A model generated the notes under the pieces. The model ran no database searches. It had not been told where the DNA came from and saw nothing but the letters and a program-made list of their open reading frames with translations. This document shows, piece after piece, positions 45,498-55,432 of a stretch of DNA of 64,000 bases; the stretch's first letter is position 1, and every line of letters begins with the position of its first letter. The stretch is from Candidatus Berkelbacteria bacterium (GTDB lineage: Bacteria; Patescibacteriota; UBA1384; 2-12-FULL-50-11): the NCBI GenBank assembly GCA_016432625.1, contig CP066697.1, forward strand, positions 81,415 through 145,414, in the 5' to 3' direction. The position numbers and the translations under genes are program-made.

Positions 45498-46016
45498 CTA
45501 GGCCGTAGCCTGAGGCTGGGTCACGAGTACCGGTGCCGTGGTCTTTACTTTCAGACGCTCCTTGACCACGGCCAGGGTTTCCGCTGTGGGTACCACGACC
45601 TCTGTCAGAAGCCCGCCGATACGTAGTTCGCGTTCGCCGATCTTCTTATAGGCGGTCACCCTTACCGTGACGAGAAAGCCGTCCCACTTGTCCGCACCGA
45701 TCTTGGTGGCTTGGCGATCGGTTTCTTCGTAGTTGAAGCCGATCTCGTCGCCGACCTCCACCGGGACACGGAAACGCTGCTCTTTGCAGCCTCCGGCGGT
45801 GGCGCCGTCGCCGTACTCCGTCCAAACGTCGCGGCTCAAGATCATCATGATCATAGTGCCGTGAATGATCGGGTTGGTGCACAGTTTCTGGCCGAGCAGG
45901 GTGCGGGCAAAGTTAGGGTCAGTGTGTAGCGGGTTACGGTCCCCGGAAACACCGACATACTGGTCGAAGTCACCTTGAGTGACTTTATGCCAACGAGGGA
46001 CTTTTCGATTGCTCAT
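45498..46016 (-). CDS. MaoC family (hot-dog fold) dehydratase
   Basis: SGDRNPLHTD..FA, IIHG, RF..PV.VGD. Confidence 0.85.
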   Translation of the reverse strand: MSNRKVPRWHKVTQGDFDQYVGVSGDRNPLHTDPNFARTLLGQKLCTNPIIHGTMIMMILSRDVWTEYGDGATAGGCKEQRFRVPVEVGDEIGFNYEETDRQATKIGADKWDGFLVTVRVTAYKKIGERELRIGGLLTEVVVPTAETLAVVKERLKVKTTAPVLVTQPQATA

Positions 46017-46113
46017 GTCATTACTCTTGGGTGCGCGTAGCGTACCGCGGATACTACCCTACTTTACAGCAAAAATCTACCCTTACGAGGGTGCTTTTTG
46101 GGCGCTAAAACGG

Positions 46114-48252
46114 CTATATCTGTAATAACCGGCGGAGGCGTCTTCCCTGCATTGCGAGCATTCCGGCTGTGATGCCGAGAATTCCAAGGGTTACGGTATC
46201 TGTTGCTGGCAAGCTGTTCTGGCGAGATTGTGCCCCCGGCTTAGCGGTCTTTACGCCCTCAACTAAAACCGGCTTTGTTTTAACGTTAGAGACTTTGGCT
46301 GTCGGCCCAGCAGCGGACTTTTGCGCTGTCGAAGACCTGGCCGTAGCTTTACTGCCCGAGCTACTCGTGGATTTTGTCGCGGCGGGTTGCTTAGTTGACT
46401 TGGTTGTCTTCGGTACCGTTACTGTCTCAACTTCGGGCTCGCGGGAGAGGATTTTGTAACTCCCTAGGTACCAAGCTTCGGTTTTGTCAGAAGCGCTGTT
46501 CCAATCCACTAGCACCGGTAACTCGACCTGATCTTTAAGTTTGAATATCGTCTTGGCGCTATCCTCGAGCGCGCGCATGTCAACTTCAAGGATTCCGCCC
46601 AGTACCAACTCATCGGCGTTTAGTTCACTCACATTATCAGTGACGTTAGCCACTAAGCCCTGGGAAGAATCGGCCTGGGCAGCACTAATTGACTTGAAGC
46701 TAATCTCGCCCGTCCCTTCCGCGCTAACGTCGTCAAGCGCGTCGAGTAAGATTCGTTTAGTAGCACTGGAGCTAATCTCGCCAGTTACCCGCACTAAACT
46801 ATTAACCGCAAAATTTAGTGCGCCCTTACTCTGGCTAAGATACATTTGGATACCGCCGGTCTCGTCCTGGATGTATTCGATCTCATTGCCGACAATTCCT
46901 GCTGGAACGCTGACGGTTGCCAGTGTCTCAAGCAGCGTGCCTGGTGATAGGTTTCTTGCCTCGCCGATTGTGCGCGGTAAGGTCGGCGTTGTTGGCAGAC
47001 TGACTCGGCTCCAACTAAGATAGTCGTTGCTCTTGTAGAGGTTTGTATTACCGGACCCTGAGTTCGTGACGACACTAACGTAAGACGGGAAGCTATTAAG
47101 TGAGACTGCTTGAACCGGCGAGGTTGTCGAAGCCCAGACGTTAACTTTGACGAAGCTCGTTTGGCCGTCAGGAAGAAACTGGCTATGTCCGCCGCTTGTT
47201 TTAACCTCGTTAGTTTGCCAAACGAAAATCCCACGACTTGTGGAAGAAGCGTGGTTAAAATCTCCCAGTGCCGCCATCGTCTGCCATTGACCTGGGGCAA
47301 GTGAATGGTAGGCGATCGAATCGGCGGAGATTAGGGCAAGGTCGGGATCATTTTCGACCTCAACAATATTCGTAAAGCTAGTTGTAATCGGCACTAATGT
47401 AGGCAAGGGTTCTTGCCATAATAGTTCATGCAGACCTAAGGTGGGAAAGTTCAATAGAACCCTTGAACCGGCCACGCTGAGCGATGCGGGTAGCTCGACA
47501 CTCTGCAGATCGATAGTCAGTATCTCGCTTTCAGTGGCGACGTAGAGACGGTTTTTGTTATTTTGCTCAAACGCAGCGGCCACGTTGGACCCGATGCTTT
47601 GCCCCTCAATCGTTGTCGGGAAGAGTTCTTCCCAGGCAAAAGCATCCGACAGATAGAAATTTTCACCGTTGTCGCAGATCGCGGCCGGCCGTGGACTGAT
47701 AAAAATGGCCGCATTATCACATGTCAGGCTTGCCTCCTCTATCCATGTGTCGCCAGATAATAGAAAAACTTTAACTTCATCCCCCATTATCGCCAAAGAG
47801 GCGATAGAGGCGTTCGAAAGAAAGGCGTTGCGAATATCGTCAGGCGCGGCAAGGGACCAACCCGCAGTTTCCCGCCAAATGTCGTTAACTAAATGATGAA
47901 TTTTAGTCGCGCCGTTTATACTGGCGGAGAGAAAAGATTGGTCAGCTACTCTAACTATCACGGCAGCTTCAAAAGTTCCGACGCTGCTATCGGCAACGTA
48001 TCGCAGACCATCTGAACTGCGATACAGCTTATCGCCAATAGCGGTGTGAAGCGTCTCCCCTATTAACGCGGAGGCTAAAACATTGCCGGTTTGTTCGGTA
48101 AGTTGCCAGGGTTTGGTGTCGCCGCGTAAACGGTAGGTGTGATCGCGGCTCTGGAAGATGGTTTTCCCCGTTAAGGAATGAAAATTGTCAGCTTGAGCAA
48201 CCGTCGGGAGTAGTAAGAAAGCAAGACTAAGGGCAAGAAAACTAGCCCTCAT
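46114..48252 (-). CDS. Large surface protein (beta-propeller-like region, OB-fold-like region, C-terminal anchor)
   Basis: Signal peptide, S.D...W Asp-box-like motifs, YIQDETGGIQ, K/S/T linker, LPAT plus TM plus basic tail. Confidence 0.7.
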   Translation of the reverse strand: MRASFLALSLAFLLLPTVAQADNFHSLTGKTIFQSRDHTYRLRGDTKPWQLTEQTGNVLASALIGETLHTAIGDKLYRSSDGLRYVADSSVGTFEAAVIVRVADQSFLSASINGATKIHHLVNDIWRETAGWSLAAPDDIRNAFLSNASIASLAIMGDEVKVFLLSGDTWIEEASLTCDNAAIFISPRPAAICDNGENFYLSDAFAWEELFPTTIEGQSIGSNVAAAFEQNNKNRLYVATESEILTIDLQSVELPASLSVAGSRVLLNFPTLGLHELLWQEPLPTLVPITTSFTNIVEVENDPDLALISADSIAYHSLAPGQWQTMAALGDFNHASSTSRGIFVWQTNEVKTSGGHSQFLPDGQTSFVKVNVWASTTSPVQAVSLNSFPSYVSVVTNSGSGNTNLYKSNDYLSWSRVSLPTTPTLPRTIGEARNLSPGTLLETLATVSVPAGIVGNEIEYIQDETGGIQMYLSQSKGALNFAVNSLVRVTGEISSSATKRILLDALDDVSAEGTGEISFKSISAAQADSSQGLVANVTDNVSELNADELVLGGILEVDMRALEDSAKTIFKLKDQVELPVLVDWNSASDKTEAWYLGSYKILSREPEVETVTVPKTTKSTKQPAATKSTSSSGSKATARSSTAQKSAAGPTAKVSNVKTKPVLVEGVKTAKPGAQSRQNSLPATDTVTLGILGITAGMLAMQGRRLRRLLQI

Positions 48253-48841
48253 CCTCCGCCTCGGCTTTATGGTGGAACTCAATAATTATCCGCGCTAAGC
48301 GATTAGGGTCGGGCAGGTCGTGGATCGTAAAGTATCCTTGCAGACCTGGGCGGTGCGGGTCGTCACTTGTACCAGCGCCAGCCGTTTCGATTATTAGCGT
48401 GCCGTAATTAAAGGTGGTCTGGAGGAAGCCCTCAACTTGGGCGCTGACGTTCTGGACTTGTAGTAGCGGTAGTTCGGAGGTGCCCCGGGCTAGTAAACCC
48501 TTCTGGTCGACGTTCAAGATACGGTTGTTGGTAATGAAGACGATGTCGTAATAGAAGTTAATCCATGCGCCGAACAAAAAGGTCAGTAAAAATATAAAGA
48601 AGCCAGAAATGAACAACACCACAATCGGCACGATGCTTTCGATGTCCAGACCATCGAGTAACGAGGCGGCGACAATCATTAGGATCGGTACGAGAGCCAT
48701 ACCGAGCACTAGCATTAACGTTCCTAAGAACCCCGCCCAATGGTGACGGACTATCAGCTGAATCTGCTCGCCGGGATGGAGATTCAAATACAGAAAGGCT
48801 TCGTCGTTGGTGTCGATAGTTTCTTCGATTAAGTGAGGCAT
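48242..48841 (-). CDS. Bacterial PH-domain membrane protein
   Basis: L.PGE....VR.HW, ITN.RIL.VDQKG, VQNV, FNYG.L.IETAG. Confidence 0.8.
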   Translation of the reverse strand: MPHLIEETIDTNDEAFLYLNLHPGEQIQLIVRHHWAGFLGTLMLVLGMALVPILMIVAASLLDGLDIESIVPIVVLFISGFFIFLLTFLFGAWINFYYDIVFITNNRILNVDQKGLLARGTSELPLLQVQNVSAQVEGFLQTTFNYGTLIIETAGAGTSDDPHRPGLQGYFTIHDLPDPNRLARIIIEFHHKAEAEDEG

Positions 48842-49038
48842 CAGCCGAGATTGCTTATGTAAACCGAGGTGCCGGTTATTATTAATAGCAGCAAGAATAT
48901 GTGGATAACCAAAACAGGGATCGAAGCGTCACCAGGAATGCGGTATTTATAGACCTGAAAAAAGTAAAGCAGATTGACGAGCAACATCACGGCCAAAAAA
49001 ACGCCGTAACCCAGCAGTATGTAGGGGTTTAACTCCAT
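48841..49038 (-). CDS. Small two-TM protein
   Basis: 65 aa; TACAAT 7 nt upstream; TGATG coupling to the next gene. Confidence 0.65.
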   Translation of the reverse strand: MELNPYILLGYGVFLAVMLLVNLLYFFQVYKYRIPGDASIPVLVIHIFLLLLIITGTSVYISNLG

Positions 49039-49076
49039 CGGTCATATTGTACGGCTAAATAAGGTCTCTTGAAAGA

Positions 49077-50228
49077 TTACGGCCGGATGTAGCTCGGTGA
49101 TCCGTAGCGGCGAGGGTCAACATTGGCGCGATGGTCAAACTTCTCTGCCGCCGTCCAGTTGTATTCGTCAACGTCTATCAGGCCGCCATGCACGGCGGTC
49201 ACAATTGCCACGTGACCGTAAGGCATGTTATTTCCTTTTGGCCATGACACGATGTCACCTACCTGCGGATTACCGGAGACGGTGTAGCCTTGATCGGCGG
49301 CAAGTGCAGGCCAGTTCCAAGCGCTTCCCTGACCTGGGCGAGTGTTGTAGAAGACCAGCCCGGTATTTCGTAAGAATTTCCAAGCGGCATAAGAAGTACA
49401 CTGGCACTTGTAGAACAGCCAGAAATCAACTCCGCCACATTGGTTGTAGTACGGATAACCGCCGGTTCCGCCAGTCGTTGTTTCTCCCGCGCCCATTTGA
49501 CGTCGTGCCTCATAAATCTCGGCCGAGAGGTTCTCCTGCTGGCTTTTCAGCTTCTCCAGATCGGACTGAAGTTTGGCCTGATCGCGCTGGGTAGCGGCAA
49601 GGAAGCTCTCTTTCTGATTGCGTTGCCGGTCTAGGTGGGTTCTGTCAGCTGCCAGCCTGTTCTTCAGTTTAGAGAGGTCTTGATTCTGGCTCTCGCTCTC
49701 AGTTTTTTTCTGGCCGAGGTTACTTAGTAGCTGGCTTGAGGAAGTAATGTCTTTCTGCAGCTGGTCTTGAATTGCTTGGACATACATCTCGTGAGAAACG
49801 ATGTCAGATACGTCGTCACCCTGAGCCATCATTTCTGTCGGGCTAGTGCGAGACAGCTGATATAACGCGACGTACGCCACTCGCAGTCGTTCTTGAAGCT
49901 TATCCAACGTACCTTGTTCGTTAGTGATTTCTTCTGAGAGTTTGGCAATTACCGCCGAAGTAACTGATATCTGGCTTTCTGTGTCATTGATTCGTCCTTG
50001 GGTGTAACCGATGCTGCTCTCTAGGTCGTCAATATCTTCAGCGAGGTTCTGGCCTTCTGACTCTTTTTGCTTAAGCTGCTGCTCCTTCTGCTGTTGTTGA
50101 TTACGTAGCTCGTTCTGTTGTCGCAGTAGCTCGTCGAGAGTCTCGGCGCTAACAACGCTTGGCACCAACAAAATAAGAGCGGCAAAAATAACTGGCAAGA
50201 TTCTGAGTCGGGTCACCCCTCCAAACAT
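49077..50228 (-). CDS. Coiled-coil CHAP-domain peptidoglycan hydrolase (PcsB/CwlO-like)
   Basis: Signal peptide, long coiled coil, QCTSY, G.A..W, YGHVA.V, EYN; downstream of ftsEX; start uncertain. Confidence 0.88.
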   Translation of the reverse strand: MFGGVTRLRILPVIFAALILLVPSVVSAETLDELLRQQNELRNQQQQKEQQLKQKESEGQNLAEDIDDLESSIGYTQGRINDTESQISVTSAVIAKLSEEITNEQGTLDKLQERLRVAYVALYQLSRTSPTEMMAQGDDVSDIVSHEMYVQAIQDQLQKDITSSSQLLSNLGQKKTESESQNQDLSKLKNRLAADRTHLDRQRNQKESFLAATQRDQAKLQSDLEKLKSQQENLSAEIYEARRQMGAGETTTGGTGGYPYYNQCGGVDFWLFYKCQCTSYAAWKFLRNTGLVFYNTRPGQGSAWNWPALAADQGYTVSGNPQVGDIVSWPKGNNMPYGHVAIVTAVHGGLIDVDEYNWTAAEKFDHRANVDPRRYGSPSYIRP

Positions 50229-50287
50229 GTTCACAACCAGCCTAGCAAGCATAAGCAAACGCGTCAAACCGTAAACTCAACAATTAC

Positions 50288-51238
50288 TCAAGCACGGAGG
50301 TACCGACGCACTGAAAGTACGCTAACTAAAATCCCTAGCACTACACCCACGACCAGTTGCAACGCAACCAGGCTCCAAAAATGGTTCATGACGTATTGGT
50401 AGAGGTCGGTATTAAGAACGCCGAACGCACTGCCAAGGGTGGTTAGGCCGCTGTTGCCCCGGTAGCGAGTGATAATATAGCTCAAGAGCGGTAGGAGAGC
50501 TGAGGTAGCGATCGTCCCTAGCAGACCGTAGAGTACGCCTTCGACGACGAATGGGCCGCGGACGAAGGAATTAGAAGCGCCAACGTAACGCATTATCTCG
50601 ATCTCATCTGAGCGGGCGCCGATCGTCAGACGGATAATGTTATAGACATTGAAAATTGCAATTAGCCCAAAGAACCCGCTCAGCAACCAGCCAGCTTGCT
50701 GGGCGGTGCGAGTGCTCGAGATTAGCTGATCAACAATGTCTTTGTTTTTCGTATAAGATACGCATTCGCCACATATTATCTTCCCACTATCGAGCTTCTC
50801 TATCTGCGCCACTATCGACTGAATCTGCTCAACGTCTGAAGTCGCAATCTCGAGGCTCCGTGGTAACGGGTTAAATCCTTCGTTAATAGGATCTTTGACG
50901 TTCTGGTTGATTGGTAGGCGCTTAAAAATAGACAGTGCCTGATTTTTTGTTATAAACGTGACGTCGAGAACGTCTGGAAGCTGGCCAATTTGTTTGCCAA
51001 GCTGCTCAATATCTTTGTCAGCGACCGCATCAACCTGGAAATAGATTGTTAGGTTGATTGATGAACGAACAGCGCTGGCGGTGTCGCGGATCATGAAGGT
51101 CATTAGGAGTGAAACGCTAATCATTACCAGTGTTAAGGTCATCAGAAGCGTTGCCCCAAGGGTTAACCAGCGGTTGCGCCAGAAATTGTTATAGCCGAGC
51201 TTAATAACTCGTGCCAAGGTTTCCCAACTAGATGACAT
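50288..51238 (-). CDS. ftsX: Cell division permease FtsX
   Basis: NFWRN.W, NPLP.S, IRLTI.AR..EIEIMR.VGAS..FVRGPF..EG. Confidence 0.95.
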   Translation of the reverse strand: MSSSWETLARVIKLGYNNFWRNRWLTLGATLLMTLTLVMISVSLLMTFMIRDTASAVRSSINLTIYFQVDAVADKDIEQLGKQIGQLPDVLDVTFITKNQALSIFKRLPINQNVKDPINEGFNPLPRSLEIATSDVEQIQSIVAQIEKLDSGKIICGECVSYTKNKDIVDQLISSTRTAQQAGWLLSGFFGLIAIFNVYNIIRLTIGARSDEIEIMRYVGASNSFVRGPFVVEGVLYGLLGTIATSALLPLLSYIITRYRGNSGLTTLGSAFGVLNTDLYQYVMNHFWSLVALQLVVGVVLGILVSVLSVRRYLRA

Positions 51239-51977
51239 AACGCCCCGACTTTTGGTCGCTAATAACTTTACCCGACTTCATCAAAACGACCCGCTTTTGC
51301 ATCCGGTCAACGACTTGGCGGTTGTGAGTGGCAAGTATGACGGTTGTGCCGCGAGAATTGATACGGTATAGCAGCTCAATAATCTCCCAAGTGTTAATCG
51401 GGTCAAGGTTGCCAGTAGGCTCGTCGGCGATCAAAATTTTAGGAGAATGAACTAACGCGCGAGCGATGGCGGCCCGCTGGCGCTCGCCCCCTGAAAGCTC
51501 ATTGGGGTAACTGCTTTTTCGTCTTCCTAAGCCGACCAGGTCGATTACGCGATCGGTTCGGCGCTGAACATCAGCGGCGGAAACGCCGCAAACTTCAAGG
51601 GCAAAAGCGACGTTTTCCCAGACAGTTTTTTGAGGTAACAGCTTGAAATCTTGGAAGACAACCCCGATTTTACGTCGGTAAAGCGGTATCTCGCGGTTCC
51701 GCAAATCGGCGAGATTTCGTCCAGCTACAAAAACCTGGCCTTTTGTCGGACTCTCTTGGCACGTCAGGAGCTTAATCAGTGTCGTTTTGCCAACGCCACT
51801 CTGGCCAACGAGGCAGATAAATTCACCGTCGAAGATAACCAGCGTGACTTCCTTGAGGGCGGTGTTGCGCGGGTATTGTTTGGTAACGTTACGCAACTCA
51901 ATGATTGGACTCTGCGTGGAATTATCTTCTGGCTGAGTTGTCGGTAAGGTTGAACCAATGTGTAGTACTTCCTTCAT
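51228..51977 (-). CDS. ftsE: Cell division ATP-binding protein FtsE
   Basis: GQSGVGKTT, RRKIGVVFQDFKLL, LSGGE.QR, ADEPTGNLD; start moved to ATG 51977. Confidence 0.95.
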   Translation of the reverse strand: MKEVLHIGSTLPTTQPEDNSTQSPIIELRNVTKQYPRNTALKEVTLVIFDGEFICLVGQSGVGKTTLIKLLTCQESPTKGQVFVAGRNLADLRNREIPLYRRKIGVVFQDFKLLPQKTVWENVAFALEVCGVSAADVQRRTDRVIDLVGLGRRKSSYPNELSGGERQRAAIARALVHSPKILIADEPTGNLDPINTWEIIELLYRINSRGTTVILATHNRQVVDRMQKRVVLMKSGKVISDQKSGRYVI

Positions 51978-52023
51978 CACTTCCGAGCATACCAAGCCTG
52001 GGGGATTGCAGAAAGCTGGACGG

Positions 52024-52827
52024 TCAAACTCGCTCGAGTAAGCGGAGTTCTGTTTGAATCCGACTAGCCACAATCGCCTCCAGGTCTTTAAGGGATCGAT
52101 CGCTTTTAGCTTGCGATCTCCTACCCGCTTCGCCATCACCCGATCGGCGACTGATGATTGCCATCAAACCCTGGGTACGTGCTAGGTCGTGAGTGTAACG
52201 ATCCCTGCCGTGATCAGCCTCGAACCAGCTAATCGCCTCTTCCAGATATCGCTTAGCAGAATCAAAATCTTCTTTGCGCAGCTTTGTTATCGCGAAATCC
52301 ACTCGCGCTCGCGCCTGATAAAACCCTGAGAGCGGCTCCTTATTAAAAAGGCTGAGAGCTTTTTCGAGCATTTGAATTGATCCATCCAGCTGCCCGAGGC
52401 GACTTAAATGGCTACCTAAGTCGGCGTAAGTGGCTGCAAGCTCGCCTATCGCCTCGTTTTTCTCTAGCGTTTCGAGCGCTTTCTGAAAGAAAACTGCGGC
52501 GCTTGCAAAATCGGCCGCGGCGTCCGCAGCTCGGGCCATCTCGTGGTAGATTACCCCGGTAGCAACCTGGTCCTGCAGCTGGATAGCTTCTTGGAGTCCT
52601 TCTGAAAATAAAGCCAAGGAGTCGCGGTAGTAGCTTCTCGCATCAGGAGAAATTGCCATTGCAGCGCTACGGCCAGCGCCGAGTATCGCTTTCATATGAT
52701 GAGGACGGTCGTGATCTTCTCTACTCAACTCGGCGATATCTCGATATGCCGCCACCGCGTCAGTAACGTGGCCGCTCATTTCAATGCGCCAAGCTTGCTC
52801 AAAGAGATCTTCGAAATTGACCGTCAT
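52024..52827 (-). CDS. Tetratricopeptide repeat protein
   Basis: Repeated A..Y..LG/FQKAL helical pattern. Confidence 0.75.
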   Translation of the reverse strand: MTVNFEDLFEQAWRIEMSGHVTDAVAAYRDIAELSREDHDRPHHMKAILGAGRSAAMAISPDARSYYRDSLALFSEGLQEAIQLQDQVATGVIYHEMARAADAAADFASAAVFFQKALETLEKNEAIGELAATYADLGSHLSRLGQLDGSIQMLEKALSLFNKEPLSGFYQARARVDFAITKLRKEDFDSAKRYLEEAISWFEADHGRDRYTHDLARTQGLMAIISRRSGDGEAGRRSQAKSDRSLKDLEAIVASRIQTELRLLERV

Positions 52828-55427
52828 TAGCCACGGTGATGCGGTGCGTTAACGAGGCCGCAGTTTTTGTATTTGTACGGCCGCCCCGTTTCGGGATTAA
52901 CAGCGCCGCACGGACACGGATCGTTACGGCCAACTTTCAGGTCGCTCTTCGTGGCCGGGAGCTTATCCTCGCCCTTGTCCGGACCGCTCAAAACCGTTCG
53001 CGGCTGTCCGGTTTCGACAGTTGGCGGTGGTGCTTGCGGCTCGATCTGGACGTGTAGTAGCATCTCTCGAATTTGGCTGTTGATGTTCTGCTGTAGCAGA
53101 GTGAATAAGTTGTACGCTTCCTGTTTGTATTCCACCAAAGGATCACGCTGGCCGTGCGCTCTGAGGCCAATACTTTCGCGCAGATCCTCCATCGTACCCA
53201 GATGCTCTACCCAGAGAACGTCAATTGCCCGAAGTGTTACGGCGCGCTCGACACTGAAAAGCAGTTCTGGCTGCCAGTCCTTTATTTTTTTCTTGTATTC
53301 CTCGCCTTCTTCTTGCGACATGCTCTCCATGATTGAAGCGTGAAGCTGCTCCGCGGCCTCGGGGGATTTGGCGTGCAAGACGCGATGGCGTGAACGGTAG
53401 ATTGCTTCGCGGTGCTTATTCATGACGTCGTCGTATTCCACTAAATGCTTGCGGATCTCAAAGTTGTGAGTCTCCACTTTGCTTTGCGCTTGCTCTATCG
53501 CCCGGCTTAACAGTTTGTTATGAATTGCAACCTCGTCAGGCATATTTAGGCGCTCCATTAGGCCCTTCATCCGGTCGCCGCCGAAGATTCGCATCAAGTC
53601 GTCCTCCATTGAGAGGTAGAACTGCGAAGCGCCCGGGTCGCCTTGACGTCCGGATCGGCCACGGAGCTGGTTGTCGATTCGCCGTGATTCGTGACGCTCG
53701 GTGGCGACAACAAATAAACCGCCAAGCTCAAGCACGTCCTGATGCGCCTTCTCCCAGGTTTCAATATCTTTGTCGCTGGCAGTGCTCGCGGGCGCTGCCC
53801 CACCGAGAATAATATCAACGCCACGGCCGGCCATGTTCGTTGCGACAGTCACGGCGCCCAATCGTCCAGCCTGAGCGATAATCTCTCCCTCTTTTTGGTG
53901 ATGCTTAGCGTTCAGAACCGTGTGAGGCACCTTAAGGTTCTTAAGGATTCGTGACAACCTCTCTGATTTCGCCACAGAAACTGTACCGATTAAAATCGGT
54001 TGACCGGTAGCGTTAATTGCCTGGATGTCTTTGGCGACCGCGTTGAACTTGGCTCCCTCTGACTTATAAATTGCGTCCTCACGGTCGATGCGTTGATTAG
54101 GTCGATGTGTCGGAATTGTGACGACTTCCAGGCCGTAAATCTTCGAAAACTCCTCGGCTTCAGTAACGGCTGTACCGGTCATACCGGCCAGCTTGCCGTA
54201 GAGCCGGAATAGGTTCTGAAAAGTGATCGTCGCCAGCGTTACCGACTCTTCTTTGATGTTAACTTTTTCTTTAGCCTCAATGGCCTGGTGCAGTCCGCCC
54301 GAATAGCGCCGTCCTTGCAACATCCGACCAGTAAACTCATCAACGATTATTACTTCGCCGTCTTTAACGACGTAATCGCGGTTCTTGGCGAATAACGCCT
54401 CGGCTCTTAGCGAGACGTCAGCGTGATGAACAAGGCGAACATTCTCGGGATCATAAAGATTAGGAACTCCCAACAGTTGTTCGAGCTTGTGGATGCCGCT
54501 TGGTTCAAGGGAAGAAGTACGGGCCTTCTCGTCTGTCTTGTAGTCGATGTCTTTTTTGAGCTGTTTAATATGAACGGCAAACTGGGCATAAAGATCAGCC
54601 GATTCGCTTGAGGCGGCGGAGATAATAAGCGGCGTTCGAGCCTCGTCGATTAAGATTGAGTCGACTTCATCGACAATGGCATAGGCCAATTCGCGTTGCG
54701 CGAGTTGTGTCGGGTCTTGGGCCATGTTGTCGCGTAGGTAGTCGAAACCGAACTCGTTATTAGTGCCGTAAGTAATGTCAGCCCGGTAGGCATCCTGCTT
54801 AGCGCAAGGTCGAAGGTGCTTTAGGCGTTCGTTATCTTCTTCGCTCGTGAACTTGGTGTCATAAATCAAAGCGAACTGCGGTCCGATAACGCCAACGGTT
54901 AAGCCCAAGAAGTCGTAAATCGGCCCAATCCAACCGGCGTCACGTCGTGCTAGATAATCGTTAACAGTGACGAGATGCGCTCCGAGGCCAGTTAGCGCGT
55001 TAAGGTAGAGAGCTAGACTTGCAACCAGGGTTTTACCCTCGCCGGTTTTCATCTCAGCTATTTGACCCTGGTGCAAGACGGCGCCACCGATAATTTGGAC
55101 GTCGTAATGACGCAGGCCGATCGCCCGCTTCGAAGCCTCTCGGACGAGAGCGAAGGCGCGCGCTTCGTAGGGCTCAAGCAGTTCGTTGAGGGCTTTTTTG
55201 AGCTGCTTATTGCGCTCTGGACGATCATCGATAACTTGGGCGCTGTCCCAGATTACCCTAGCCTGCTGACTAATTTCTTCCTTAAGATTTAGCGAAGTAT
55301 TTTTCAGCTCCTCGTCACTGAGCTTCTCCAGCTCTGCTTCGAGTGAGTTGACTTTGTTGACAAAGCCAGTAAATCGGCCGACTTCCTTTTGATTTGGGTC
55401 ACCAAAAACCCGCGAAAGAAAACCCAT
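52827..55427 (-). CDS. secA: Preprotein translocase SecA
   Basis: MKTGEGKT, VTVNDYLA, DEVDSILIDEARTP, TNMAGRG, QLRGRSGRQGD, GRNDPCPCG. Confidence 0.98.
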   Translation of the reverse strand: MGFLSRVFGDPNQKEVGRFTGFVNKVNSLEAELEKLSDEELKNTSLNLKEEISQQARVIWDSAQVIDDRPERNKQLKKALNELLEPYEARAFALVREASKRAIGLRHYDVQIIGGAVLHQGQIAEMKTGEGKTLVASLALYLNALTGLGAHLVTVNDYLARRDAGWIGPIYDFLGLTVGVIGPQFALIYDTKFTSEEDNERLKHLRPCAKQDAYRADITYGTNNEFGFDYLRDNMAQDPTQLAQRELAYAIVDEVDSILIDEARTPLIISAASSESADLYAQFAVHIKQLKKDIDYKTDEKARTSSLEPSGIHKLEQLLGVPNLYDPENVRLVHHADVSLRAEALFAKNRDYVVKDGEVIIVDEFTGRMLQGRRYSGGLHQAIEAKEKVNIKEESVTLATITFQNLFRLYGKLAGMTGTAVTEAEEFSKIYGLEVVTIPTHRPNQRIDREDAIYKSEGAKFNAVAKDIQAINATGQPILIGTVSVAKSERLSRILKNLKVPHTVLNAKHHQKEGEIIAQAGRLGAVTVATNMAGRGVDIILGGAAPASTASDKDIETWEKAHQDVLELGGLFVVATERHESRRIDNQLRGRSGRQGDPGASQFYLSMEDDLMRIFGGDRMKGLMERLNMPDEVAIHNKLLSRAIEQAQSKVETHNFEIRKHLVEYDDVMNKHREAIYRSRHRVLHAKSPEAAEQLHASIMESMSQEEGEEYKKKIKDWQPELLFSVERAVTLRAIDVLWVEHLGTMEDLRESIGLRAHGQRDPLVEYKQEAYNLFTLLQQNINSQIREMLLHVQIEPQAPPPTVETGQPRTVLSGPDKGEDKLPATKSDLKVGRNDPCPCGAVNPETGRPYKYKNCGLVNAPHHRG

Positions 55428-55432
55428 CAACT